Source: Campylobacterales bacterium
GTDB taxonomy: Bacteria > Campylobacterota > Campylobacteria > Campylobacterales > UBA6016
Assembly (NCBI GenBank): GCA_031960985.1
Contig: JAVRLX010000005.1
Span: forward strand, 1 to 48,740
Direction of reading: 5' to 3'
DNA length: 48,740 nt
Part shown: piece after piece, positions 39,801-48,721 of the stretch
How the letters are laid out: every line of letters begins with the position of its first letter
Position numbering within the stretch: the stretch's first letter is position 1
The notes under the pieces: model-generated
What the model was told of the DNA's origin: nothing
Database searches by the model: none
The model's input: only the letters and a program-made list of their open reading frames with translations
Position numbers and translations under genes: made by a program

Positions 39801-40375
39801 ATGAGCTTTTAATTTTTAGTGAAAATGAAGGGTGGAGCAAAGATAGTGATGCAAACCATGAAGATGTCCGCTCGATAAGATGCAGGGCAATGAAAGTCCT
39901 ATCTTTTCCGAGGGCGCACAAAACGCCCCGCCGCTCAATTGCAGATTATTTTAGAGAGGATAGGCACGATGTGTTAGCGATGAGCGTTGTAAGTGTGGGT
40001 GAAAAAATCGCAAAATATGAAAAAGAGCTGTTTGACGCTGGCAAATATCACGAGTATTACCTTGTGCATGGCCTATCCGTAGAGCTTGCAGAGGCGATGG
40101 CCGAGATGGTGCACAAAAGAGTGCGCATTGAACTTGACATACTACGAAATGAGAACGCCGATATAAATGAGGTTAAAATGACAGGCTACCACGGATGTAG
40201 ATACTCGTTTGGTTATCCAGCTTGTCCAGACCTTGAGATGAATAAAACACTTTTTGAGCTTTTAAAGCCAGAAGAATACGGCGTGACGCTCTCAGAGACT
40301 TACCAAATAATCCCAGAGGCATCCACATCCGCAATTATCGTTCACCATAGCGATGCGCAATACTTTACAATATAA
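36896..40375 (+). CDS. metH: Cobalamin-dependent methionine synthase
   Basis: DGAMGT, GFNC, GGCCGTT, GDVHDVGKN, RYSFGYPACPD. Confidence 0.97.
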   Translation: MKDIKKLLDERVVVIDGAMGTELQKLKIPQEVWGKYEGCNEYLNIAAKDKIRGIHRAYYKAGADISKTNTFGCLPWVLDEYGLSDMCYELTFEGVKRVKEAAAELGKEDETFVACSLGPGTKLPSLGHIEFDEMKEGYELAVSAAYDAGADIILFETCQDPLQIKAALIGAEDAFTKKGMKLPIMVSATIEMNGTMLIGTDAKTLATILAPFDILSLGFNCGTGPKEVAKHVKALSEVWSGRISVHANAGLPQNRGGFTFYPMGPNEFATLQKGFCEIDGVAILGGCCGTTPQHILELTKEVKSLKPKPPIGSHPNSLASLFEAVPLIQNPPPLYIGERSNATGSKAFRELLLAEDYDGAMSVAYEQVRSGAHLIDVSVAFAGRDERKDMKEIISRYASKLTLPLMPDSTQIGALEVALKLIGGRPIVNSVNLEDGIEKFDAVCTLAKRFGAALVCLTIDEEGMAKTKERKVAIAKRIYERAVNRFGFKPSDLVFDMLTFTVGSGDPEYFTAAIETIEAIREFHASHPEVGFTLGVSNISFGLSKHSREVLNSVFLHHAVKAGLTTAIVNVKNTLAYHSISDEEIKLCEDLLFNKRENGADPLGAFINYFATQSGEGARTKDDLEGLDTPTKIHKLLIAGDKERLLAILPSAKDEIPAEKIVNELLIGAMKEVGELFGDGRMQLPFVLQSAETMKAAVDWLAPYLPKSDKTSQTTLILGTVKGDVHDVGKNLVDIILTNNGFKVVNIGIKADIELFIEKLREFEDKNGSLKGVALGMSGLLVKSTQVMKENLEELKKRGYTVPVLLGGAALNLEFVHEYCRPVYDGPVVYSRDAFDAIKTLSEIEKGEAITIEEPSKERIEAKVAAKETPVGEIVKPRVEAVPTPPFWGRYVWNFSEDEKRLAFEWINHRMLFKERWGYKSKGVEKTEYEKQLKEVVRPAYERLKKEFLSGLFAPVAIYGYYPVRAEGDELLIFSENEGWSKDSDANHEDVRSIRCRAMKVLSFPRAHKTPRRSIADYFREDRHDVLAMSVVSVGEKIAKYEKELFDAGKYHEYYLVHGLSVELAEAMAEMVHKRVRIELDILRNENADINEVKMTGYHGCRYSFGYPACPDLEMNKTLFELLKPEEYGVTLSETYQIIPEASTSAIIVHHSDAQYFTI

Positions 40376-40386
40376 GGGGGCAAAAG

Positions 40387-40821
40387 ATGGAGTACTACCT
40401 ATGGATAAAGGCTTTTCACATAATGTCGGTTTTGTCATGGATGGCAATGCTTTTTTATTTGCCAAGGCTATTTGTTTATCACGCAGAGCACAAGGATAAT
40501 AGCGGATTTGTAGAGGTTGTAAAAATTCAAGAGCACAAGCTCTTTTACTACATTGGACACCCTGCAATGATAGCTTCGGCGCTATCTGGACTAGCGATGA
40601 TATACCTAAATCCTGCTATGTTTCAAAGTGGGGGCTGGCTCCATGCCAAACTAACTCTGGCGGTATTGATGATAGTCTACCACTACGATTGCAAAAGGCA
40701 TCTAAAACTTTTAAAAGAGGATAAGAGCGACAAAAGTGGCAAATTTTTCCGTGCCTACAACGAAATCCCAACTTTATTAATGATAGGAATCGTAATTTTT
40801 GTTATAGTTAAGCCTTTTTAA
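40387..40821 (+). CDS. hemJ: Protoporphyrinogen oxidase HemJ
   Basis: WIKAFH, YLPRLFVYH, WLHAKL, NEIPT, KPF. Confidence 0.94.
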   Translation: MEYYLWIKAFHIMSVLSWMAMLFYLPRLFVYHAEHKDNSGFVEVVKIQEHKLFYYIGHPAMIASALSGLAMIYLNPAMFQSGGWLHAKLTLAVLMIVYHYDCKRHLKLLKEDKSDKSGKFFRAYNEIPTLLMIGIVIFVIVKPF

Positions 40822-40910
40822 ACAAAAAAGCGCTTTATATAGCTTTATCTTGAATAGTTGTTTGATCGTAGCTGAGCTTGAAATCATCAAAAATGTGAAT
40901 ACGACCGTTG

Positions 40911-41309
40911 TTAAAAAAACTCGCCGCTATGATAAAACCATCTGCCGTTTTCTTTTACAAAACGGCTCTTTTCGTGCAAGACTCCATCCGATAGTTTCGC
41001 CTTAAACTCCACAAACGCTTCGTTCTCGCCCTCGATAAAGTCAACCACTTCAAGCCCCAAAAACTCGGTAGAGTCACAAAATCTATCTATCTCTTTCGCC
41101 CAAGCGGCTCTATCCTCTTTAAAATCCTGATTTTGCGGGTGTGTCGTTCGTATGATGTAGCTAGAATCACCAGCCGCATAGGCAGAGTATCTAGTCGCCA
41201 TTAGCTTTAGCGCATCCGAAGCATCTATGCCATCGTGATACACCTTGCAACATTTTTTGTATTTTAGCCTACTTCCACAAGGACATTTTGAGTTTGGGGT
41301 TATTTTCAT
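40911..41309 (-). CDS. ychJ: YchJ/SEC-C family protein
   Basis: CPCGS...CC, RYSAY, HEKSRF, WFY. Confidence 0.88.
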   Translation of the reverse strand: MKITPNSKCPCGSRLKYKKCCKVYHDGIDASDALKLMATRYSAYAAGDSSYIIRTTHPQNQDFKEDRAAWAKEIDRFCDSTEFLGLEVVDFIEGENEAFVEFKAKLSDGVLHEKSRFVKENGRWFYHSGEFF

Positions 41310-41318
41310 TTTATAGCC

Positions 41319-41729
41319 CTATATCCAGTTTTCAAGTTTTAGGTTTTCCACCCTCTTAAACTCTTTTGTATTATTTGTAACCAGCGTCACGCCTAGCGAT
41401 ATGGCGTGAGCGGCGATGAGCAGGTTATTTGCGCCAATTAATTTGCCTGATTTTTTTAGTTTTGCCCTCACTATGCCGTACTCCATAGCCGCTCTATCGT
41501 CAAACGGCGCTATCTCAAGAGGCGAGAGGAACTTGATAAGGGCTAGCTTATTTTGCTCTTTTTTTGGCGAACTGCTTTTTTCTAGTCCATAAAATAGCTC
41601 CGCCACGCTCACGGCAGATATAAATACCCTCACATTTTTATCCAATGCCAAAAACCTATCCAACACTGTTTTTGGCTTGTTGTTAATGATATAGATGCAG
41701 ATATTGGTGTCAAGCATATAGTTCATCAA
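41319..41729 (-). CDS. vapC: VapC PIN-domain toxin, third catalytic Asp replaced by Asn
   Basis: [32 protein letters not shown]. Confidence 0.92.
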   Translation of the reverse strand: MMNYMLDTNICIYIINNKPKTVLDRFLALDKNVRVFISAVSVAELFYGLEKSSSPKKEQNKLALIKFLSPLEIAPFDDRAAMEYGIVRAKLKKSGKLIGANNLLIAAHAISLGVTLVTNNTKEFKRVENLKLENWI

Positions 41730-41965
41730 AATAGCTCTTCCCTGTTTTGTGCGGGCAAATCCTCTCTTGTGATGACAAAATCGTCGCCAAACTCATCAAG
41801 CGCCTCAAACATCGTCGCCCATCTATTGGCTTTGTGCGGACATAGCAACACAAAATCACCCAACCGTCTTATCTCTACCTCACTCACCCCCTCAAACCGA
41901 AACTCTTTTGGGAGTCGCACAGCTTGGCTTTGACCGTTTTGAAAAAGCTTTGCGGTTGCGGTCAT
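41726..41965 (-). CDS. vapB: VapB (AbrB/SpoVT-type) antitoxin
   Basis: [20 protein letters not shown]; ATGA overlap with vapC. Confidence 0.94.
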   Translation of the reverse strand: MTATAKLFQNGQSQAVRLPKEFRFEGVSEVEIRRLGDFVLLCPHKANRWATMFEALDEFGDDFVITREDLPAQNREELF

Positions 41966-41985
41966 GGCTGGCTCCTTGTGTTTTC

Positions 41986-42028
41986 ATATATATTTATTAG
42001 TATATACTTTTTTGAGGCTGGGTGTCAA
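41986..42028 (-). promoter_or_regulatory. vapBC promoter with overlapping palindromic operator
   Basis: TTGACA (42023-42028), 18 bp spacer, TATACT (41999-42004); palindrome agtatatact at 41999-42008 and an atatatat half-site. Confidence 0.65.
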
Positions 42029-42070
42029 TGGGTGGGGTAAAAGCGATAAAAAAGTATTCCCTAGGGTTAT

Positions 42071-42229
42071 TTAGTTGGCTCCAGCGCTTTCTCTGTAAAT
42101 TCCAAAGAAGTCTTTGATTTTCGGCTCGTCGTCAAGGGCGTTTGAAACTCCGCCGTGACGAGAGACTATCTTGTCTATATGCTCGAATTTTCTGAGCATA
42201 GACTCCAAAATCAGCCTCTTTTTAGACAT
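42071..42229 (-). pseudogene. Internally deleted HepT/DUF86-like toxin remnant
   Basis: 52-aa ORF MSKKRLILESMLRKFEHIDKIVSRHGGVSNALDDE..., overlapping the MNT stop; far shorter than DUF86 proteins. Confidence 0.65.
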
Positions 42230-42535
42230 AGAGCATCTCTTTTTCTATCTCGATAATGGAGTTTTGCGGTAAACCTTTTTTATAAACTATATCCACATCT
42301 CTTTCAAGCTTTTTTGAGAGCATTTTTTTAATTTCATCAAGCTTTACATAAGAGCCAAAGCCGCCGTACCTCTTGAAAAACCCCTCATCGGTATCATACA
42401 AAATATCTACATCGCTCGCATAGGTCGCCTCGCCCCTAGCCACGGAACCAAAAAGCCCCAGTATCAAAAGCCCTCTTTTGCCATTTCGACTTTTAAGTTT
42501 TTAAGTAGCTCCAAAATAATATTATTCTCCATCAT
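42222..42535 (-). pseudogene. Frameshifted MNT antitoxin
   Basis: MMENNIILELLKNLKVEMAKEGF stops at TGA; one extra T in the run at 42466-42469 restores the frame into LILGLFGS-x10-DVD. Confidence 0.8.
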
Positions 42536-42536
42536 C

Positions 42537-42803
42537 TCAACCAATCTTGGCGATATTTGGAAACCTATCAGGATTTTGTATGATTTCACTTGTCAAATCA
42601 ATATCTAAACTCTCCCAATAAAAATGCTCTTTTGAGACCTCTTTGACATCCATTATCTGCTCAAGACTCACTTTTTTGAACCATGGAAACTTTTCAAAAG
42701 GCAAAAACAGTTCTTTGTCACGAGCTAGAAGCCAAAAGCCATTTTTGGAAATATTTGTTACTTCAATTTCCGAAGAATTGTTTCCAAGTTCTTTTGAATT
42801 CAT
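42537..42803 (-). CDS. DUF2442 family putative antitoxin
   Basis: LFLPFEKFPWF, YWESLDIDL; overlaps the DUF4160 gene. Confidence 0.82.
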   Translation of the reverse strand: MNSKELGNNSSEIEVTNISKNGFWLLARDKELFLPFEKFPWFKKVSLEQIMDVKEVSKEHFYWESLDIDLTSEIIQNPDRFPNIAKIG

Positions 42804-42999
42804 CTTCGTGCTCCTTTACAATTTCTTCAATTTCACTAATCTTCTGTGCCGACAAATTGCAATTTATGGCTAATTCCACTATCGGTTCAAGCCAAAACTT
42901 TGCTTCGCCCTCTGGACAAATAATATGCACATGCATCCTTGTTTCCTCTCTTGAAAAAAAGAAAAAACGCATATTGCCTATTTTTAATATCGTCGGCAT
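42763..42999 (-). CDS. DUF4160 family putative toxin
   Basis: MPTIL..G.RFFFFSRE...HVH, EAKFWL, terminal W...F. Confidence 0.85.
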   Translation of the reverse strand: MPTILKIGNMRFFFFSREETRMHVHIICPEGEAKFWLEPIVELAINCNLSAQKISEIEEIVKEHEDEFKRTWKQFFGN

Positions 43000-43008
43000 T
43001 TTTATTTC

Positions 43009-44688
43009 CTACAACTCCGTCTTCAGCGCCGCTCCACTGCTGGCATTCGTTACAAGTAGCCTATATCTTTTTAGCCATTTTGAGTTAATCTCTTTTTTGT
43101 GCTCTTTAAAGTTTTTTCGTCTTGCTTCAATAACCTCTTCGCTTAGATTGGCGTGAAGTATATGGTTATCGACATCTAAGCTAATTTCATCGCCATCCTC
43201 AAGTAGTCCGATGAGACCGCCCTCTGCCGCTTCGGGGCTGATGTGTCCGATACATGCGCCTCTTGTAGCGCCGCTAAATCTTCCGTCGGTGATGAGCGCA
43301 ACAGACTCGCCTAGACCCATACCGGCAATAAGACTCGTCGGGGTTAGCATCTCTTGCATTCCAGGCCCACCTCTTGGACCCTCATATCTGATGACTACTA
43401 CATGTCCAGGCGCTACTTTGCCACCCATGATGCCAGCTATCGCTTCGTCTTGAGAGTTAAAGCATATCGCTTTGCCCGTAAACTTTCTCATGTTTGGCTG
43501 TATCCCTGCGGTTTTAACGACACACCCCTGCTCTGCCAGGTTGCCAAATAGTATCGCTAAGCCACCGACAGGTGAGTAAGCGTTTTCATTCGTGTGAATG
43601 ATGCTAGTATCTTTAATCTCTGCTGTCGCTATCCTCTCGCCGATAGTCTCGCCCGTGACTGTAAGCGCATCGGTGTGAAGTATATCGCCTCGCCTCGAGA
43701 CCTCTTTCATAACCGCATTTACGCCGCCTGCCCTGCCAATATCTTCCATGTGTACCGTACTTAATGATGGGCTGATTTTGGCTATGTGCGCTACTTTGCT
43801 CGCTATGTCATTGATGTGTGCTATGGGAAAGTCCACACCTGCTTCTTTGGCGATTGCTAGCATGTGAAGCACTGTATTTGAGCTTCCACCCATCGCCATA
43901 TCTACGACAAATGCGTTATGTACCGCTTTTTCGTTTAGGATATTTCTGATTTTATATCTCTCATCAAGGGCTATTTCGACAACCCTTTTTGCCGCCATTT
44001 TTATCATCTCTATTCGCTCAGGCGTCATCGCTAACACTGTTCCATTGCCAGGAAGCGCTATACCCATAGCCTCACACAGTGTATTCATAGAGTTTGCCGT
44101 AAACATCCCAGAGCATGAGCCCCCACTTGGACATGCCTTACACTCTATCTCATAGAGCTCCTCATCACTTATTAAACCCTTATTTTTTTTGCCCACCGCT
44201 TCAAAAGCCGTCGCAAGGTCTATCGGTGTGCCGTCTTTGAGGTGTCCCGCTTTCATAGGGCCGCCACTCACAAATACCGTCGGTACATTGACTCTTAGGG
44301 CGCCCATTATCATCCCCGGAACTATCTTGTCGCAATTTGGGATGCATATCAGCGCATCTAGCTTGTGCGCATTCATCACAGTTTCAATACTATCAGCTAT
44401 AAGTTCACGGCTAGGAAGACTATAGAGCATCCCATCATGCCCCATCGCAATACCATCATCCACACCAATGGTGTTAAACTCAAAAGGCACACCTCCAGCT
44501 TCTCTTATCGCCTCTTTGACAATTTTGCCATACTCTTGGAGGAAAAAATGTCCTGGAATGATGTCTATGTAACTATTTGCAACACCGATAAATGGTTTAT
44601 CAAAATCCTCATCTTTTAGCCCAGTTGCCCTAAGCAAACTTCTATGTGGAGTTTTCTCCCACCCTTTTTTAATTATATCGCTTCTCAT
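43009..44688 (-). CDS. ilvD: Dihydroxy-acid dehydratase
   Basis: [39 protein letters not shown]. Confidence 0.97.
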   Translation of the reverse strand: MRSDIIKKGWEKTPHRSLLRATGLKDEDFDKPFIGVANSYIDIIPGHFFLQEYGKIVKEAIREAGGVPFEFNTIGVDDGIAMGHDGMLYSLPSRELIADSIETVMNAHKLDALICIPNCDKIVPGMIMGALRVNVPTVFVSGGPMKAGHLKDGTPIDLATAFEAVGKKNKGLISDEELYEIECKACPSGGSCSGMFTANSMNTLCEAMGIALPGNGTVLAMTPERIEMIKMAAKRVVEIALDERYKIRNILNEKAVHNAFVVDMAMGGSSNTVLHMLAIAKEAGVDFPIAHINDIASKVAHIAKISPSLSTVHMEDIGRAGGVNAVMKEVSRRGDILHTDALTVTGETIGERIATAEIKDTSIIHTNENAYSPVGGLAILFGNLAEQGCVVKTAGIQPNMRKFTGKAICFNSQDEAIAGIMGGKVAPGHVVVIRYEGPRGGPGMQEMLTPTSLIAGMGLGESVALITDGRFSGATRGACIGHISPEAAEGGLIGLLEDGDEISLDVDNHILHANLSEEVIEARRKNFKEHKKEINSKWLKRYRLLVTNASSGAALKTEL

Positions 44689-44770
44689 TTAATCATCCTA
44701 ACGAAAAAATTTGACAAATTATACAAAAGATTGTTGAGATTAAAGGGTGGAGATTTTATAAAAGCAAAAT

Positions 44771-45328
44771 TTACGGCTCGCTAAACTTATCCGCCTTATA
44801 AACATAAACTTCAAGTTTTCCGCTTTTCCAAAAGTCGGATTCGAGTCCTGCTTTCTGGCAAAGACGAGATATGAACTCCTCTTTTGATGGTATCTCTTCC
44901 CATACAGATGGTAAAAAAGTTGCTTGGTAATCTTCGTATTTTATGATTAGACCATCTTCAAACGGCGTTAGCTTGGATAGCAGATCATTTGCATCTTGAT
45001 AGACCAATTCTACCGGAGTGTGAAGCAAGGATAGTTCTATTTTTATAAAAGGGAGCTCTGTAATATTAAGCGGTGGAAATCTAGGGTCGTGGAATGCGCT
45101 AAGTATGGCATTCTCGACGATATCTTCATATAGCGTTCTATGCGCCAAAAGCGAGCCTATACAACCGCGCAAAGCGCCCTCTTTTGTCTTTAGCGTTACA
45201 AACACAGCGCCTTTTTCACCAAAAACTGCAGGTAACTGTTCAAGCCTACCTAGCGGCGTCCTGAGAAGTTCGCTCTCTATCGCATTTCTGGCAAGCCTCA
45301 AAGCTGCTAGCTTTTCGCTCTCTGTCAT
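44771..45328 (-). CDS. amrA: AMMECR1-domain protein (AmmeMemoRadiSam protein A)
   Basis: FVTL, LRGCIG, DPRF, ATFLPSVW, LCQKAG. Confidence 0.92.
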   Translation of the reverse strand: MTESEKLAALRLARNAIESELLRTPLGRLEQLPAVFGEKGAVFVTLKTKEGALRGCIGSLLAHRTLYEDIVENAILSAFHDPRFPPLNITELPFIKIELSLLHTPVELVYQDANDLLSKLTPFEDGLIIKYEDYQATFLPSVWEEIPSKEEFISRLCQKAGLESDFWKSGKLEVYVYKADKFSEP

Positions 45329-46125
45329 TGCCCTTCCTTATAAAACATAAAACTTCCATAGCCCACCACACTCTCCTTATCACCAGTGGTATCGCCGCTT
45401 GTTTTGTAGTCTAGCGTTTTTGATTTTAAGTTATGTTTAAGTGCATACTTAACGGCTGCTGTAATTGCGGCTTTTCCGCATGCTTGACATGTGCTCAAAG
45501 CTTCCAAGTTCAGCTCTTCAACACCTTTGATACAATACGAATCAATAGCAATCGCCTCTTTTTGCGGATAATAATGGCTCAAATCGCTACTTATTATAAC
45601 TATTCTACTATCATCAAGCAAAAACTCTTCCAAAATTGCAAGAAGGTCGTCATCCGATATGTTTCCATACACAATTGGAACAATGCTAAATTTTTTTAAC
45701 GAAAGCTGTAAAAATGGAAGTTGCACCTCTAATGAGTGCTCAAGCTTATGTGGAATAGCGCTTGTCAAAACTGACGGGAACTTATCTGCAAGTCTTTTGG
45801 ATTCCTCCAAGTCCACTTTTATGACCCCTGAGGGTATTTCAAAAAACTCATCAGGGCTTAAAGCGGCAAAATCCAAATACACTCTGTGTGAAGGACCCAT
45901 CATTAGTACTTTGTATTCAATGTCACTTTTTAGATTTTGAAGCTGACGAAAGGCATACCCAGCAGTGTAGCCGCTATACACAAAACCTGCGTGCGGGGAT
46001 ATAATAATCAGAGGCTTTTTTCCAAAATTAGGTGAACTCTCTATCGCATATTTCGCAAACTCCAAAAGTTTATCTTCCTCTTTTGGATAAAACATACCGG
46101 CAACCGCTGAGTGTCTGACGCTCAT
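45325..46125 (-). CDS. amrB: Memo-like protein (AmmeMemoRadiSam protein B)
   Basis: VAGMFYP, PHAG, GPSH, EHSLEVQLPFLQ, SSDLSHY, VVGY; start moved to ATG 46125. Confidence 0.92.
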   Translation of the reverse strand: MSVRHSAVAGMFYPKEEDKLLEFAKYAIESSPNFGKKPLIIISPHAGFVYSGYTAGYAFRQLQNLKSDIEYKVLMMGPSHRVYLDFAALSPDEFFEIPSGVIKVDLEESKRLADKFPSVLTSAIPHKLEHSLEVQLPFLQLSLKKFSIVPIVYGNISDDDLLAILEEFLLDDSRIVIISSDLSHYYPQKEAIAIDSYCIKGVEELNLEALSTCQACGKAAITAAVKYALKHNLKSKTLDYKTSGDTTGDKESVVGYGSFMFYKEGQ

Positions 46126-46287
46126 GCTATCTCCCAATCGTCATTTATGGCGTTTTTATATCAAAAATTAAATAAAAATAATATAAGTGGAATAAAAGAC
46201 TAACATTTTATTAACAAATTTCCGTTAGAATTTTTCAAACTTTGCAAAACGCAGGGCTTAAATCTTAAAAAAACGGGAGGGTCTTAA

Positions 46288-47022
46288 ATGGGACTTTACG
46301 ATAGAGACTACGCCAGAAATTCTCAAACAAACAGCGGTCTTGAGAGGATTGATTATCAAAGGATTGAGGAAGAACCACACATCATAACAGACATTAATGC
46401 GTTTGTAAAAACGACATATTCTTACTTTGCGGCTTCGTTGCTGGCAGGAACTGCTGGCGCGTATGCAGGTATGCAGGCTACGGCGACAATAAAAAGTTTT
46501 TATTGGCCTTTAGTAATTTTAGAGATTGCCCTTATTTTTGGTCTTAATTTTGTCAGAAATAAACCTGGCATTAATACAATAGTTCTATTTGCATTCACAT
46601 TTATTAGCGGTTTGACGCTTACACCACTTCTTAGCTCTATTTTGCATATGCCTGGTGGGGCCGGCATCGTAACAAATGCATTTTTAATGACATCTGTTGC
46701 ATTTGGCGCGCTAACCTTGTTTGCAATGAATACTAAAAAAGATTTTACAATGATGGGCAAAATGCTATTTATTGCCCTTATCGTAATGATAGTCGGTGGT
46801 ATAGTCAATATATTCCTAGGAAGCCCCGTACTTCAGCTTATACTTGCCGGAGCAGGCGCTTTGCTGTTTAGCTTTTTTATACTATACGATACGCAAAATA
46901 TCATCCAAGGCGCTTATGATTCGCCTGTTAGCGCAGCGGCAAGCCTTTATCTTGATTTTCTAAATCTTTTCGTATCACTTCTACAAATACTTGGCATTTT
47001 TGGCGGCAGCAGTGAAGAGTGA
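46288..47022 (+). CDS. Bax inhibitor-1/YccA family membrane protein
   Basis: Seven TM helices, ILYDTQNI, LYLDFLNLF. Confidence 0.92.
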   Translation: MGLYDRDYARNSQTNSGLERIDYQRIEEEPHIITDINAFVKTTYSYFAASLLAGTAGAYAGMQATATIKSFYWPLVILEIALIFGLNFVRNKPGINTIVLFAFTFISGLTLTPLLSSILHMPGGAGIVTNAFLMTSVAFGALTLFAMNTKKDFTMMGKMLFIALIVMIVGGIVNIFLGSPVLQLILAGAGALLFSFFILYDTQNIIQGAYDSPVSAAASLYLDFLNLFVSLLQILGIFGGSSEE

Positions 47023-47428
47023 TGGCGATTTGACAAGCCTCTTACGGCTTGTCGACGCTAATTTAAATAGATTAAAAGAGGGGATAAGGGTTGTTGAGGA
47101 TATATGTAGATTTGTATATGAATTTAAAGACGAAGCATCTAGACTAAAAACCCTAAGACATACCGCTAGAACCTCAAAACTGTTGCAAGCTTTATCTTGC
47201 AGAGATACAAACACCGATATACTCAAATCCACTACGACAACTGAAAAAAATAGAGAAAACATATCTAGCTTACTAATAGCAAATTTTAAAAGAGCAGAGG
47301 AGTCGGCTAGAGTACTTGAAGAGGCGCTAAAGCTTTCAGATACACACGAAGCCGAAATTTTCAAAAAGATAAGATACGAGCTTTACGATATAGAAAAATC
47401 TCTTTTTGCGAAACTTCCCACAGCATAA
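47012..47428 (+). CDS. Stand-alone ThiD2-domain protein
   Basis: DANLNRLKEGIRVVED, ANFKRAEESARVLEE, RYELYDIEK; start uncertain (GTG 47012 chosen). Confidence 0.8.
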   Translation: MKSDGDLTSLLRLVDANLNRLKEGIRVVEDICRFVYEFKDEASRLKTLRHTARTSKLLQALSCRDTNTDILKSTTTTEKNRENISSLLIANFKRAEESARVLEEALKLSDTHEAEIFKKIRYELYDIEKSLFAKLPTA

Positions 47429-48102
47429 ATTACTTCAAACTCAAGCGTTCGCGGCCCCTTTTCGTACAGCGCTTTTGCCTCTTTATAGCTTATTTTGTTG
47501 CCTCCGCCAGATACGCCTGTTGTTTTTATATATCTAACCGCATCTTTTGGGCTATCAAACTCTTTTTCAAATTTTTCGATGATAAAACTTTTTAAATCAA
47601 AACTCATAAATACTTCCTCAATATCCTCAACAGTAGGCAAAAAACTATCTACGCCCAAAAACTCTCGTACGGATGCAAAGGTGCCTCTTGTAAATATACT
47701 TATTGCAAACTCATCTGACAATGTAGATAGTTTTAATAAAAGCGCTTTTATATCTTTTGACCATTGCAAAGCAGAAGAAGAGAGCAATAGCTCAAACTTC
47801 CCGAAACGCCCTTTGATTAAATCGGCAAACTCGTCATCATCAAAATCGGCATTTACGACGCTGCAGCCGTCAAACCTTTTGTGTAACTCACACATTTTTT
47901 GGCTTGCATCAACACCTACAAACAACTCGCTTTCTTGTCCGCACTTTTCAAAAAGAGAACCGTCGCCACAACCTATATCAATTATTTTTTTGTACTTTCC
48001 GACATCTATGCAAGAGAGTAGTTTTTTTGCTATTTTATCTTGAATCTCCCTATTTTGTGAGTAACTATAAGCGTATCTATCAAACTGATTTGTCAGCATC
48101 AT
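47383..48102 (-). CDS. bioC: Malonyl-ACP O-methyltransferase BioC-like
   Basis: FDRYAYSY, DIGCGDG, SSSALQW, IKTTGV. Confidence 0.8.
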   Translation of the reverse strand: MMLTNQFDRYAYSYSQNREIQDKIAKKLLSCIDVGKYKKIIDIGCGDGSLFEKCGQESELFVGVDASQKMCELHKRFDGCSVVNADFDDDEFADLIKGRFGKFELLLSSSALQWSKDIKALLLKLSTLSDEFAISIFTRGTFASVREFLGVDSFLPTVEDIEEVFMSFDLKSFIIEKFEKEFDSPKDAVRYIKTTGVSGGGNKISYKEAKALYEKGPRTLEFEVIYAVGSFAKRDFSIS

Positions 48103-48168
48103 TAAAACTTTTTTGGCTATTATTTTGACCTAAATTATAACTTTTTAGAGCATCAAGGAAATTAAAAT

Positions 48169-48459
48169 ATGATAAGTTTTGCCATTGTGATACAGTTTGT
48201 TTTCGCCATACTTTTAACTATAGCCGTACTTTTACAAAAAAGCTCATCCATCGGTCTTGGGGCATATAGCGGAAGTAACGAGTCCGTTTTTGGGGCAAAA
48301 GGACCTGCAGGTTTTCTTACAAAGGTTACGTTCACAATAGGTATTTTATTTATAGCAAATACGGTGTTTTTGACATACTCTTTCAACAAAGAAAAGAATA
48401 AATCGGTAATTGATACAGTCAAGGCGCTTACCCCTACCCAAAACACACCGGTAAAATGA
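48169..48459 (+). CDS. secG: Preprotein translocase subunit SecG
   Basis: VLLQKSSSIGLGAYSGSNESVFGAKGP. Confidence 0.95.
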   Translation: MISFAIVIQFVFAILLTIAVLLQKSSSIGLGAYSGSNESVFGAKGPAGFLTKVTFTIGILFIANTVFLTYSFNKEKNKSVIDTVKALTPTQNTPVK

Positions 48460-48721
48460 AATATTTTTTACTTCTTTTTGTCTATTGCGCATCACTACTT
48501 GCCGATGCGCATATTCTTTGCTACCACAGGTTTGACGACCCAAAACCAAAATACAAACACACAAATATCTCTTCAAAAGAGTTTTTATCGCAAATAAATT
48601 CACTTAAAGCTGACGGCAAAAAATTTGTCTCATTGTCATCTATAGTAACTGCGCTTAAAACTGCAAAACCAATAGATGCAAATTTAGTTTCGATAACCGT
48701 AGATGATGCGTATAGAAGCTT
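48456..48721 (+). CDS. Polysaccharide deacetylase family protein, 3'-truncated (not in ORF track)
   Basis: MKYFLLLF...AHILCYHRFDD...ITVDDAYRS; ATGA overlap with secG. Confidence 0.85.

Noticed and set aside
40822-40910. Small RNA or terminator between hemJ and ychJ
   Set aside because: No convincing stem or motif found.
47383-47428. 46-bp convergent overlap of ThiD2 and bioC
   Set aside because: Short tail-to-tail overlaps are ordinary in compact Campylobacterota genomes.
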